Below, piece after piece: positions 41,556 through 53,202 of a stretch of 64,000 bases of DNA. Position numbers and translations under genes: made by a program. How positions within the stretch are numbered: the first letter of the stretch is position 1; each line of letters starts with the position of its first letter. Source of the DNA: the human T2T-CHM13v2.0 reference genome, Homo sapiens; NCBI RefSeq assembly GCF_009914755.1, contig NC_060942.1; one strand, given 5' to 3'. Under the pieces are notes generated by a model that did no database searches, was not told the origin of the DNA, and saw only the letters and a program-made list of their open reading frames with translations.

Positions 41556-42289
41556 AGCAAATTGTAGGACACAACGAGTAAGATGTTATTCAGCCTATTT
41601 ATATGAATAGCATATAAAGATAATAAAGATAGATTATCTTTGTAATATTTCATTTTCTGATTATAAAATAAGGTATCTTCATTGAAATTTGAAAAGAAAA
41701 TAAATTTTTGTCATCCAAACAACTAAATACTATAACTATATATAATATAAAAGGAAAATATTCTAAAGAAAGTAATGATAAGCACTTAACATTCTATCGC
41801 ATCAAAGTTTCTCAAAAAACTGTCCTCATCAATAGAAGGCAATAGTAGCAAGTTCACAACATATTTAATGGATATATACTAAAATCATCACCCTACAGCT
41901 CTATCACCCTATGATCATCAGCCTACTAATAATTTTTGATTCATGGAAAATATAATAAGCATTTACAAAATTATAAGTCATGCTGTCTATGTTGAATTAA
42001 AACTTTAATATCTAAATAAAACAAGAATAAGCACTCATACATTCTAGATAGGGAATATTAAAAATAAAGACAGGACCTGTGAAGTAAACCAAACTTGTAC
42101 CCGGAGGGAAATTCATTGCTTCCAATGTTCTTTTATTATTTATTACTATTATTATTATTATAAAAATAGAAAATCTAGGAAACATTCCTTTCAAATTAGT
42201 GACATTCTAGTTATCACATGACAGGAAAAGATAAGAGAATGACATTAGGAAGATGACAGAATTGCAATAAATATCTCAATCATATTTGA

Positions 42290-42670
42290 GTGATGTCTTA
42301 GAATTCTTTTGAGAGCAAGTGACAAAAACTCAAAGAAGCTTAACCAAGGAAAGTTTTTTTAAAAAAATTCAGTAAATTTTAAAAAAGCTAATAGACATGA
42401 CAGAATAAATTAAGTAATCAGGGCTATTGTGGACCAATAGGACAGAAAGCACATGGTTGATGCCCTCGCTCCCTTGCTCTATTTTGCTCTCTCTCGCTTT
42501 TTTCCCTTGGTTAGTTTCTTCTTCAGGAGACTGCAAAATGGCCAGAATATTCCTCACCTTTTAGATTTTTCACATGAGAAGCAATAGGTTTGTCTCACAA
42601 GCTATAGTTCAAACAAGCTTGTGGAAGAATGTTTCAAAGCCTCACTTGAGTCATTTACCATTTCAAAAAC
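42290..42670 (-). mobile_element. Old MLT1 (J/K/L-like) fragment
   Basis: GCAAGTGACAAAAACTCAA..GCTTAA, GCAAAATGGCC and CTTGAGTCA motifs in the expected order; degraded. Confidence 0.4.
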
Positions 42671-42981
42671 AATATATTCTCCTCCCCTTTGGACAAAGGT
42701 AAATTTTCATTAAAATTATGGGGAAATCATTCTTGGAAGCCCAAACCAAAGGATGATACCAAGTGTTCCTAAAATGAAATTACGTGATAGAAATAATATA
42801 AGATTGTGGAAGTGAGAGCCAACTTTCCACCCTCAGCTTGAACTGGAAGAGATGCTGCACTGAGACATAATAAAAGTACCAAAAACCACCCATAAAAATA
42901 AAAGAAAGCAAATAAAGATATAAGATTTAAAAATAAATATACATATACAAATGGAAAACTATGAACTTAATAAATAATGCA

Positions 42982-43277
42982 GGCCAAGCACAGTGGCTCA
43001 CACCTATAATCCCAGCATTTTGGGGGACTGAGGTGGGTGACTAGCTTCAGCCCAGGAGTTCAAGACCAGCCTGGACCACATAATGAAACCTCACTTCAAC
43101 AAAAAATATAAAAATTGGCTGGGCATGGTGGCACACCTATAGTCCCAGCTACTCAGGAGGCTAAGGTGGAAGGATTACTTGAGCCCAAGAGGCTGAGGTT
43201 ACAGTGAGCCAATATTGGGCCATTGCACTCCAGCCTGGGCAACAGACTGAGACACTGTCTATAAATAAATAAATAAA
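42982..43277 (+). mobile_element. AluJ (Jb-like)
   Basis: GCCCAGGAGTTCAAGACCAGCC and AGGATTACTTGAGCCC. CpG-depleted, with a (TAAA)n tail. Confidence 0.9.
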
Positions 43278-43288
43278 GCAATATGTGG

Positions 43289-43445
43289 TTCTTTGTATGT
43301 TGTATGGTTTTATTTGTAAATAAAATATATTTTAATATTTAATATTATATTCTTTGTATTGTATTATTTGTAAATAAAGTATATTATAAAATATTTAATA
43401 TATTATGTTCTTTGTATTGTATAATTTTATTTGTAAATAAAATAA
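43289..43445. repeat. AT-rich minisatellite, ~58-61-bp unit, 3 copies (third partial)
   Basis: TTCTTTGTAT..TTATTTGTAAATAAA starting at 43289, 43350 and 43408. Confidence 0.85.
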
Positions 43446-46104
43446 TACAATAAGAAAATACATGACAATTTGAAAAAGTTTATATAAAGATAGAGAAATG
43501 ATTAAAAAACAATTACTTTTCAAAAATTTAGTAAACATAAAGAAGACAGAAAGCTATCTACATACTGTATGCATTTAGAGTAGCATCAGTCCTCACATAA
43601 GGGTCTGGGGCTTCAACTAATAACCCAGATTTTACTGTTTCCTTTCATCTATTTCTTTTCTCTCCTCCAACTCCTTTTAGAATACCTCTACACCAATCCA
43701 TCTGAGAACCCCCCAGAATGTCTCATATGCATTTGTGTCTACCCACAAGTCTAGTAAGCTTTCCAGTTAGTTACTGTGTGGCATTGGTGTTTCTTTCCTC
43801 TCTGGGCTTCTGGTGTTGAGTACCGATAGCTGCACTGGACTTCATGGTCTTCCAGGAAGGACCGAGGCCTCTTGCCGGGCATCTTCCAGCTTCTCCTCTT
43901 TCATCCAGAAAGCACCTTCTTCTGCCGGAGCCCACTTTAGCTAGGAATTGGCATCCAGGAGATGAAAAGCTAAATGTTTCTGGTTTCAATAGGAACCCTC
44001 TGAGACACCACAGTGGTGCTGCTCACATCCCAATGTCTTAGTGACTTTAGGAAATAAAGCAGCTCTGTAATTTTTTTTCTTACATCCTCGCTATTCAACA
44101 CCATACTCAGTACATAAATCCAGATGGGATCCGGACAGTAAAATAAATCTGAATGACAGATAATGTGCTGTCCTCAAAAATGACTCTCCTCCTTTTCAAC
44201 TGAAAGAAGACATTTGTTTATTTCAGTGAAAACGAGTTCATTATTATCTGTTCCTACTTCCTTGGGAGTGATTATTCTGTCAGATACATGCTAAGTGCAA
44301 ATTTTCTGCATAGCAGAAACCGGGTCTTGAATCCAGGTGTTCTGATTCTGAGTTTATTTCTCTAAACATTGGTAATGACCATAGAAAGTCTATTTTAAAA
44401 GGAAACACAAACCAAAGACTAATAAAACTATATGCAACTAGAGAGAATTGTATCATGATTTAGATGAGCTCTGCTTTCTACCCTTCTCAATTTAAGTGGG
44501 GGTTCATGTTATCCCTTACTTTCATTGTCATTTTCCTTGGTCCAGTGTTCTCCTAGGTCTCCAAATGAAGCTATCACTTGCAGTCTGCAAAACACAACAC
44601 TGCACTAATTTAATTCTGTTTTATCTCACGTTGCTCTCTAATTGGTTTATGTATGTCAATCATCTTTCTGGCTAGACAGTGAATCTTCAACAGGCAGGAA
44701 TCACACTATTGTGACCCCACAGAGTCTCATGTGGGGTTGTGCATGGTGCAGGAGTGAGCCTACTTATTTTCACTTATTTTCATTCATATCTAACCTACAT
44801 GCAGAACCAGTCTTTCTCCTTTCCTAGAACTGAATACTGAAATCATTAATGTAAAAATCAATTTGTATTAGAAATTTCTCAAATCATATTCCTATTTTAT
44901 TAGCATGTAATTTTCTGAATACAGTAGAAAAATCTCTGCCTCTTAATGAATTCTATTTCAAATGTTCTCATTATAAGACTTTCAAATCTCATTAACTAAA
45001 CCAAGCATTAAAAATACAATAATAATAAAATGAAACAGGAAACTGTTGATATGATTAGATTTGGGTAACTTTCCTCTTTTAGTGAGGAAGAAAATGTGGT
45101 TTGAGTAAATGATAACTCAAGCATAGGAAGCGTACTTTACAAAGCACAAGGAATACATTTCTTTACATGTTCTAGTAGAATCAACAATTTTCCTAGTCAA
45201 TTGTAGCTGAGCTAGAGTTATAAATATAAGTAGGAAAATGGTGTATCTTAACAAGGGCATGTTGGCATTAGCATTTTTATGATGTGTATTTTCAACAGTG
45301 ATGCAGAATAAAAACACGCACCACATAAAGATACCATCTTCTATTTCCCATCCTCATGTACAATGGTCCAAGCCTTTATTATACTGTTTATTGTGGAATT
45401 TGAACCCAAGTTTATTGACTGCTATCTACTCAAGACCTCTTTACCACATTTTTCTGAAAACGTAGGGCAAAACAACATGTGAGCAAGTAGCATAGGTTTC
45501 TAAAACGTGTTGGTCTTGCCCTAGCGTTTTTCTTATCTCTTAGATATACTCCTTGGAGGCAGAGCAAAGAAACAAAAGATAAGAAAAACAAAACAAAACA
45601 GATGAATAATCAATCATTCAGTTCTGGCACATTTAAAGTCATTAGAGAATCATAAATTGCCAGAGCTAGAAGCAATCTTCAGATCGTTCTAGACTTCCTG
45701 GCAATATAACTGAGAGTAGTGGCAGCATAGAAGCAAAATTATTTACTCCAAATTGGCTGCTAATTGAAGGTAGAATACTCAGCTCGTAACACTCCTCAGC
45801 AGGCTGAATGTTCACTAAAGCATATAATCCATTCCTTAATCTGTCCCCTTTTTTCCTGTTTGCTGAAATCATATCTTGTTAGGGCCTGTATCTATTCAGC
45901 CACCATATCGCCTTCTGTAAGTGCTCCTGCTGCTGCTTCCTGTTGCTCCTATGAGGAGAGCTGGGGTTAGGGAAAGAATTTGAGGAGACCCAGGGGCTAG
46001 AGTCATCCTGCCAGTAAAGGTACCTCTGATGTCTTGACTAAATCACTGTACCACTTTGGGTCTCATTTCTTCACCCCACAAAAAAACGAGGAGGAGTATA
46101 TGGT

Positions 46105-46604
46105 AGAGACTTGCCATTCAAAATATGATCCTATGACCAGCAGCACTGGCTAACCTTGGAGCGTGTTAGAAATACAGAAACTCTGGGCTGGGCGCGGTGG
46201 CTCACGCCTGTAATCCAAGCACTTTGGGAGGCTGAGGCGGGCAGATCACGAGGTCAGGAGATCGAGACCATCCTGGCTAACATGGTGAAACCCCGTCTCT
46301 ACTAAAAATACAAAAAATTAGCTGGGTGTGGTGGCGGGTGCCTGTAGTCCCAGCTACTAGGGAGGCTGAGGCAGGAGAATGGCGTGAACCCAGGAAGCGG
46401 AGCTTGTAGTGAGCCGTGATCGCGCCACTCCACTCCAGCCTGGGCGACAGAGCGAGACTCTGACTCAAAAAAAAAAAAAAAAAAAGAAAGAAAAAAAAAA
46501 CAAAAAACAATCTCAGGCCCCACCACAGAGCTACTGAATTGGGATCTGCATTTTAACAAAATGTCCCAGTAATTCACATACACACTTAAGTTGGAAAAAT
46601 GCTG
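46105..46604. mobile_element. MER5A-type MITE split by an AluY
   Basis: GACCAGCAGCA..TGTTAGAAATACAGA before the Alu; CTCAGGCCCCACC..TCTGCATTTTAACAA after it. Confidence 0.75.
46186..46507 (+). mobile_element. AluY, full length
   Basis: GGAGATCGAGACCATCCTGGCTAAC and GGAGAATGGCGTGAACCC, with a long A tail. Confidence 0.95.
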
Positions 46605-48194
46605 AGGGGATTTACAAAATGTTCTTCCTTCTGTTACATATTATTCATGCTTTTTAGTAGGGAAATAATTCAACTGCATCAGTTTTTCCCACTGAGAAAA
46701 GCCATACTACTGGTGATACACAGAGACAGGAAAGCTTTATCCAGGGCCCTTCAAGTCTCACCATCTAATCACCATCTCTCCCTCCATGTAGACTCAGCTT
46801 TGAAGTAGACCTTCCTCCCACTGCCGCTCCGTTTCTGCCCATATAATGAAGGCTTACCACTTTCTGTAAGCTTTGTCTGCATGACCTCATCCAGCTGGGA
46901 GATCCCCCTGCCAGGCCAGCAAATGACCAATCCCATAATGCCTTCTGAGGACAGCACCCTGGGAAGGTAAGTGACTGGGCAAAGGTTACCTGGCAAATGG
47001 TGGGTGGAAATGAAAACCCAGGGAGATGGCTTACCACCTGGTGAGGTCCTAAAACCATTAGAGCACTTTGGGCTAATGCTGCTCTCAGCTGCATTATATT
47101 TCATGCACATTTCCTGCCCTGGAGCCATTGTTTCCCTTGTAATTACAGACTCATATTCAGCTGCCTTGAGAACGCTGATGGCTGTAAAAGAGAATACTCA
47201 CCACAGTGGGTGGGAAGGGCTGGTCAAATTGAAGATCTTCTATTGTGTAAGGCTGGAAATCTGTGATTTTGGCTGACTCCCCACCACACACACAAAAAAT
47301 TTATATGCATATTGTGCTCCTAAAACCCCCCTTTGGTTAATGTTGTCATGCAAAGGTTAAGCAGAAATAAACATGCAGGAGATGAGGCAGATCCAAGTGG
47401 AAGGCAAGCAGAAAACCACGTTTTTGGATTAAAAATCACAGATTATATTGGTTAAAATTAATACCTAAAACTGAAAAATGTTGACTCACATGATTTGAGG
47501 TGAAGCATATTTTTAAGGAGGCTCTGACCCAACACTACCATAATTCTGCCTGAAATTAACCACTAGAAATTCATTCTTGTGGAACAAAAATTATCTGTTA
47601 TTTGATGATTTTTTAATTGGTTTTCATTCAATGCTTCTTTTTCTAAGAGGAAACACATTAACCCTCAGTACTGGAAAGTAAATAAATAGCCAAATAATAA
47701 AACAACCCCCTTCTCACTGATCAGTGCAGACTCATCAATCAGCGTCCTTCTTTCCATTGAGCCTGCACAAAGATCTAGATGCAAAATTTTTCTCAACACA
47801 AAAAAGCAGGCAGCAAGAGCCACTGGTAAATTGAAGCCAATGTGTTTCAACCATTCATTCTTAATTCTAAGAAAAAAAAATCAAAAATTAAAGTTTCTAA
47901 AATTGGATAATGACATAGAATTGATTCATATAGTGTTTCTCCAAACTCCCCGCTATATCACCCCACCTATATTCACCCAACCCTCTTACTAACTCAGTAG
48001 CTTAGTTTACAATTAATATTGTTTTAAAAGAAGTATAGATTTAATACAGATTTAAAGTTTAAATACATATTTAAAATAAAATAAATACAAACTTTTCTTT
48101 CTCCCCACATTAAAGCTTTGGAGTAAAGAACATTTTTTTGTGTGTGTCTGTTTGCTTATTTTCAAGATAAAATTCAACTGACAAAAACATGGGT

Positions 48195-48780
48195 CACCCA
48201 TTTTGGAAAACAGTTCACCAGTTTCTTAAAAATTTAGACATATAACTTAGCAATTCCACTCCTAGGTATCTACCCAGATAAAAACAGATTTTTAAACAAA
48301 ACCTTTTATGTTAGCTTCCATTGAAGCATTATTCATAATAGACAAAAAGTGGAAACAACTCAAATATCTATTGACTGGAAAATGGCTACAAAAAGTGTGG
48401 CACATCTTTTATATGGTAGGATGCTATTCAGCAATAAAAATGAATAAACTATTAATACATGCTACCACAAAGATAAACCTCAAAAACATTATGTTAAGTG
48501 AAATAAGCCAGCCATAAAAACCACATATTGTACAATTCTATCCATTCATATGAAATGTCCAGAAAAGGCAAATCTATAAAGACAGAAAATAGATTAGTGG
48601 TTGCCTGGGGCTGGGGACGAAATGGGGGATTAACTGCAAGGGGTATGGGGAATCTTACTGAGGCGATTAAATGTTCTAAAATTGATTATAGTGATGGTTG
48701 CACGACTTGATACATTTGCTAAAGTTCACATGGGTGACTTTATGATATGCAAATTATACCTCAAAAGAGTCATGAAAAAC
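48195..48780 (+). mobile_element. L1MB-like 3' end fragment
   Basis: AGCAATTCCACTCCTAGGTAT, ATGAAATGTCCAGAAAAGGCAAATCTATAAAGACAGAAAATAGATTAGTGGTTGCC and GTGATGGTTGCAC. Confidence 0.85.
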
Positions 48781-49112
48781 ATTTCAACTTACAAGAAAGA
48801 TAGGGAAGCAATATAGCATTAAATGAGAAGGGAGAATTTAAAGAATGGAAGGAGTTGGAAAATGTATTAAGGGCTATCATTAGCAAGTGACCAAATTTAT
48901 TGTCCTTAGGGAGTGGGTGAGGTCAATAGTATTACCCTTGTTTTAGAAGAAGTGTACATGAGACTCTGCTAACCAAGATAGAATAGAGTGGTGTAACAAA
49001 GAATATCTTCTCTTTTGATCTCTCAAAGCGGTCACCACACAGTATCTCTCTTTCTCCCTGTCTCTTTCTCTCTCTAAATCAGTCACTCACAGCTTAGGTT
49101 AGGTTACCTTCG

Positions 49113-49189
49113 CTCAAATATGAAATCAGATTTCTTAATAATTCATAATGTTTGATTTCTCAAACATGAAATCAGATTTCTTAATAATT
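49113..49189. repeat. 31-bp duplication separated by a short, partly inverted spacer
   Basis: CTCAAA(T/C)ATGAAATCAGATTTCTTAATAATT at 49113-49143 and 49159-49189. Confidence 0.9.
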
Positions 49190-49970
49190 ATTTGCTCCTT
49201 TTATGTTCTCTCTCCTCTTTCTAAGACCATAAACTCATTGTTTACCTGGAGAAAACTTCTTTTGGAAGCAATCAAAATCTGGGACCCAGATGGGGTAGAC
49301 ATTTGCTTAGAGTCTGAGCTCAGGAAGGAGGAGTCAGGTCCCACACAGGTAATCACTGATCTCCATTCCTTCACTAACTTAAAAACCACATTAAGGCTTT
49401 GGGGTTTTCAGGTAGAGTCAATGGATTTTGAGAGTCTTCAGCAGGAGAATAACATGAGTTCTTCCTAACCATATGAAGAGTGGAGAGGGGATGGTATCTG
49501 ACATCTTGATGATTTGCATGAGGAATTCTGGTCATTTGTTCTATTTCAGTGAACTAGAGAACAGTGTAGACATTAAAGTTGTATTTAGGATTTTTTTAAT
49601 GGGGTATAAATTGGTTGGATATGAGGAAAATCTGATTAGAATAGTTGTATCTTTAGCTGAACTTGGAAAATATGCCTGTTTAGTAGGAAGACTGATGAAT
49701 GTGCAAATTGAGAAGTTTGTTAGGGAAAGATATTATGAGCTTAAATTTTGATGTTGATGCTGAGATAACCATCTAAGCAGTGATTCCTTAAAGTTAGTTT
49801 ACTAAATATGTCTAGTGATCCAAAAGTTGTTACTGGACAAAATATTTAAATTTGAGAGACAACAATATATAATAGGATAACTGAAGGCATGACCACAGAA
49901 TATATGAGAGAATAAAGAGAGAGAATAGTGTGAGAAGAGATGTTTTGACTGAATCTTTATGTCAGCTTCC

Positions 49971-50229
49971 ATATATATATCTATATATATATATACGGAT
50001 AGATATATGTATGGATAGATATATATAGAGATATATATATGGATATATATATGAATATATATATGGATATATATATGAATATATATATGGATATATATAT
50101 GAATATATATATGGATATATATATGGATATATATATGGATATATATGGATGTATATATATGGATATATATATGGATATATATGGATGTATATATATGGAT
50201 ATATATGGATGTATATATATACATACATA
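49971..50229. repeat. (ATATATATGG/ATATATATGA)n minisatellite
   Basis: 10-12-bp units read directly. This repeat explains the IHIY/YPYI/DIYM ORFs. Confidence 0.95.
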
Positions 50230-52119
50230 ATTGGAAAATCTAGGTTTGAAAATGGGATTTGCAGAAAATTGTTGGGGTTCCTATCTAAATGGTGTCTGGT
50301 TTCTCTGTAAAGGGGAGTGGTAAAAGTCAAAATAGGCACTGGATAGAAAGAGAGAATGAATTAGCAAAAGATCACAGTGAGTTTGTGGGACTTTGTTGAA
50401 AACGGAATTGATGTTGGTGATCGTGATTTCTTGGCAGCATAAATCTGTTTCATTGTGTGGTTTATTTGTCATCATGAAACAGCTGTAATACATATTAGAG
50501 AAAGTGAAGAGATAAATGTGTCTGCAGTTAGGATTTTGCCTTTACATTCTAATGTAAGAGCACCTGGATCAAAAAGTCTAAGTTCCAGAAAACAGTGATT
50601 ATTCTTCTAGAAGCGGCCTCAAGTTGAGTTTGCCTTTCTTTAAAAATCATGAGAGCTTATGGGTACTAGCACTTACAAGAGTACTCTGCATGTTCCAGGT
50701 TTTCCGTTGCTGTGTTTCTCCCATACTCCTCCAGGCTGAGTTCTTCCTGGTCTAGATGTTCTATCCACATCCAGCTCTTCTGTGGTCTTGCTTTCTGTGA
50801 AGGATAGGTTACATACTTAAACTAAAGCCTCAAAGCCTAACACTGGCTTTGTATGTAACTAGTGTTTGACAGGGACTCCTCAACTTCTTTATAATTGGTG
50901 ATGGCAAAACTTCAGGTTCCGGAGAGGGAACTTCTCTACATGAAAAAGACTACCACACAGAACTCTTTGGTGACTCTCAAACCACCACATGTCAGCACTG
51001 CCTATGGCCAGGCTACCTGCGAGTCATTCTGTTGTTCCTCCATTAAATGACATAAATGGGGTGCTCTAAAATAGGTATAATGGATAGCTTTTGCTGCAAT
51101 ATTGCATATTTATTGTATGAGGAGAAGAAATAGTGATTCAATTCAGTAATATCTAGCTATATTGTACTTTATTCTTCAGTTCTTGCCCAGAAATCCCTTC
51201 AAACTGCTAGTTTGCGTACATCTGTGAAAAGCATATAGTGTGGAAAAACACCACGTATTGAAGTGTTAATTAATAGTTGTTATATTTCACTGCCCCCAGA
51301 CTTTCTCCTAATACAGGTATCAAGTACCTTAAACACAAAGTCTTATAATAGCTACTTTAATACTTCACTTATTTCTTAAGACTGTGAGGAGAAATTTAAG
51401 ACTGAAATTAAGCAAATGAGATTACTGGACAACTTTTTAACGGAATGATGGAGCCTCTGCAGATTGTCTGATTTTAAGAGATGAGAGCTTTTGTCTTTGA
51501 CAAGGCTATATTTTACAACCATGTAAAGGTAAAAGGTATCTTACAGAACACTGAGAGACAAACAAATTGTGTCTAGTATAGGTTCAGTTCACTTCTCTAC
51601 CCACTCTAGAAGAAACCAGTTTTACATTCATTTGCAAATTCATTTCAATATTCCTGATCTATAAATGTGACTGTTCTTTGGATTCTCTTTTGAATTAGTT
51701 ATTTTTTTTTTCTGGTTCTCTCCTGTAATTAATGAGTTAAGTCAAACCTTGGAAATGTGTCATTTTATATATATGAGTCATGACTTTATCTTTGTTCTGA
51801 CAATTATCTTTTAACAGGGCTCAAAACATTTGGAACATCTCCACAAATATTAAAATCAAAAGGAAATAGAATTTTTCCTTCAAAGTCCTTGGGAACATTT
51901 GTTTTAAAAAATGTATCAGTAATCTCCAAAGTCATCCAGGCTTTATCTTTAACTTTTAATGTTTAATTCTGTCATTCTTGCACCATATCTAATCCTAAAT
52001 ACTACATTCAGGTGATTACATCTCTAATATCTCTCCCTTTTCTCTCCATTTTTACTGCCAGCACCTAATTTATGCCTTTATTACCTGTCAATGGGACCAT
52101 TTGCCTATCATGCAAGAAC

Positions 52120-52545
52120 TACTAAGTTTTAGTTGGGCCCATGACTGTCTACCTAAAGAATGTATTTATAATCAGCCCTGTTATAGCTGGGAAGGCTCAT
52201 GTGATTATGTTCTTGTCAATGAGCTATAAAGAGAAGTAAACTATGTAACTTCTCAATCACCTATTGAAAGAGACAGCTACTTACGCTTGCCTCCCCCCCG
52301 CCCCCCGCCCATAGGCTTGAGTGTGGATTTGACATAAATTACACCATGCAGACAAGGACAACACCCTAGAGGAAGGCTGAGCTAAAAATTGAAGGAACCT
52401 GTGTCCCTAAAATGCTTTCTGGAGCAGAGGTATCCTGCCAACCTGAACAGTTCATCTACAGATTTGTTAATGAGATAGAAATCAAATTCTTAAATTATTG
52501 TTTATTTTTTTGTATAGTAGCTCAAACTATGACCTAATTGATATA
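52120..52545 (+). mobile_element. MLT1J-like LTR
   Basis: CATGTGATTATGTTCTTGTCAATGAG, GAAGGAACCTGTGTCCCT and TGGAGCAGAG, ending CCTAATTGATATA. Confidence 0.65.
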
Positions 52546-52910
52546 CCTATTCTCTGGTTTCCTTGCTGCTTCCAAACAACATACATTTTCTACTGATTCC
52601 AGAATCCTGTATTTGAAACATTGCACCTTTGCTCAAAAATTTTGGTATATGGAAGTAGAAGTCTTCTATAGAATAGCATTTAGGGTCTCCATAAAATATG
52701 ATAGTTCATGAGTTGGTTATAAGCAATTCATGAATAATTTTATTGAAAAGAGAACTTAGTAAATCAAGGTAAAGGCTAGCAACAAAATGGACAGCCTGTA
52801 GGAAATCCAGCCTTGAAAACTGAATAAATTAGTTAGGAGCCAGGGCCAAGTATCATGTTTTGGGACAATATTTAAGTCCTTTGCCACTCTGCTCAAGATT
52901 TAAAAGTCTG

Positions 52911-53202
52911 GGCCAGGCTCAGTGGCTCACACCTGTAATCCCAGTGCTTTGGGAGGCTGAGGTAGGAGGACTGCTTGAGATCAGGAATTCAAGACCAGCC
53001 TGGGGAATATAGCGAGACCCTTTCTCTACAACAAATAAAAATTAGCTGGGCACTGTGCACCTGTAGTCCTAGCTACTCAAGGGGCTGAGACAAAAGCGTT
53101 TATCGAGCCCAGTGGCCTGAGTTTGCAGTGAGATATGATCACACCACTGCACTCCAGCCTGGGCAAAAAAGCAAGACTCTGTCAATCAATCAATCAGTCA
53201 GT
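52911..53202 (+). mobile_element. AluJ (Jo-like)
   Basis: GGAGGACTGCTTGAG and ATGATCACACCACTGCAC, (TCAA)n tail, degenerate TSD GATTTAAAAGTCT / GATTTAAAGATCT. Confidence 0.9.

Noticed and set aside
43289-50229. Regularly spaced repeats (43289-43445, 49971-50229) as CRISPR-like arrays or repeat proteins
   Set aside because: These are eukaryotic minisatellites with no unique spacers and no cas genes. The IHIY/YPYI ORFs are translations of the repeat.
52293-52310. C-rich tract CCCCCCCGCCCCCCGCCC (GC-box or G-quadruplex-like)
   Set aside because: It is short, isolated, inside an old MLT1 LTR, and has no CpG island or promoter context.
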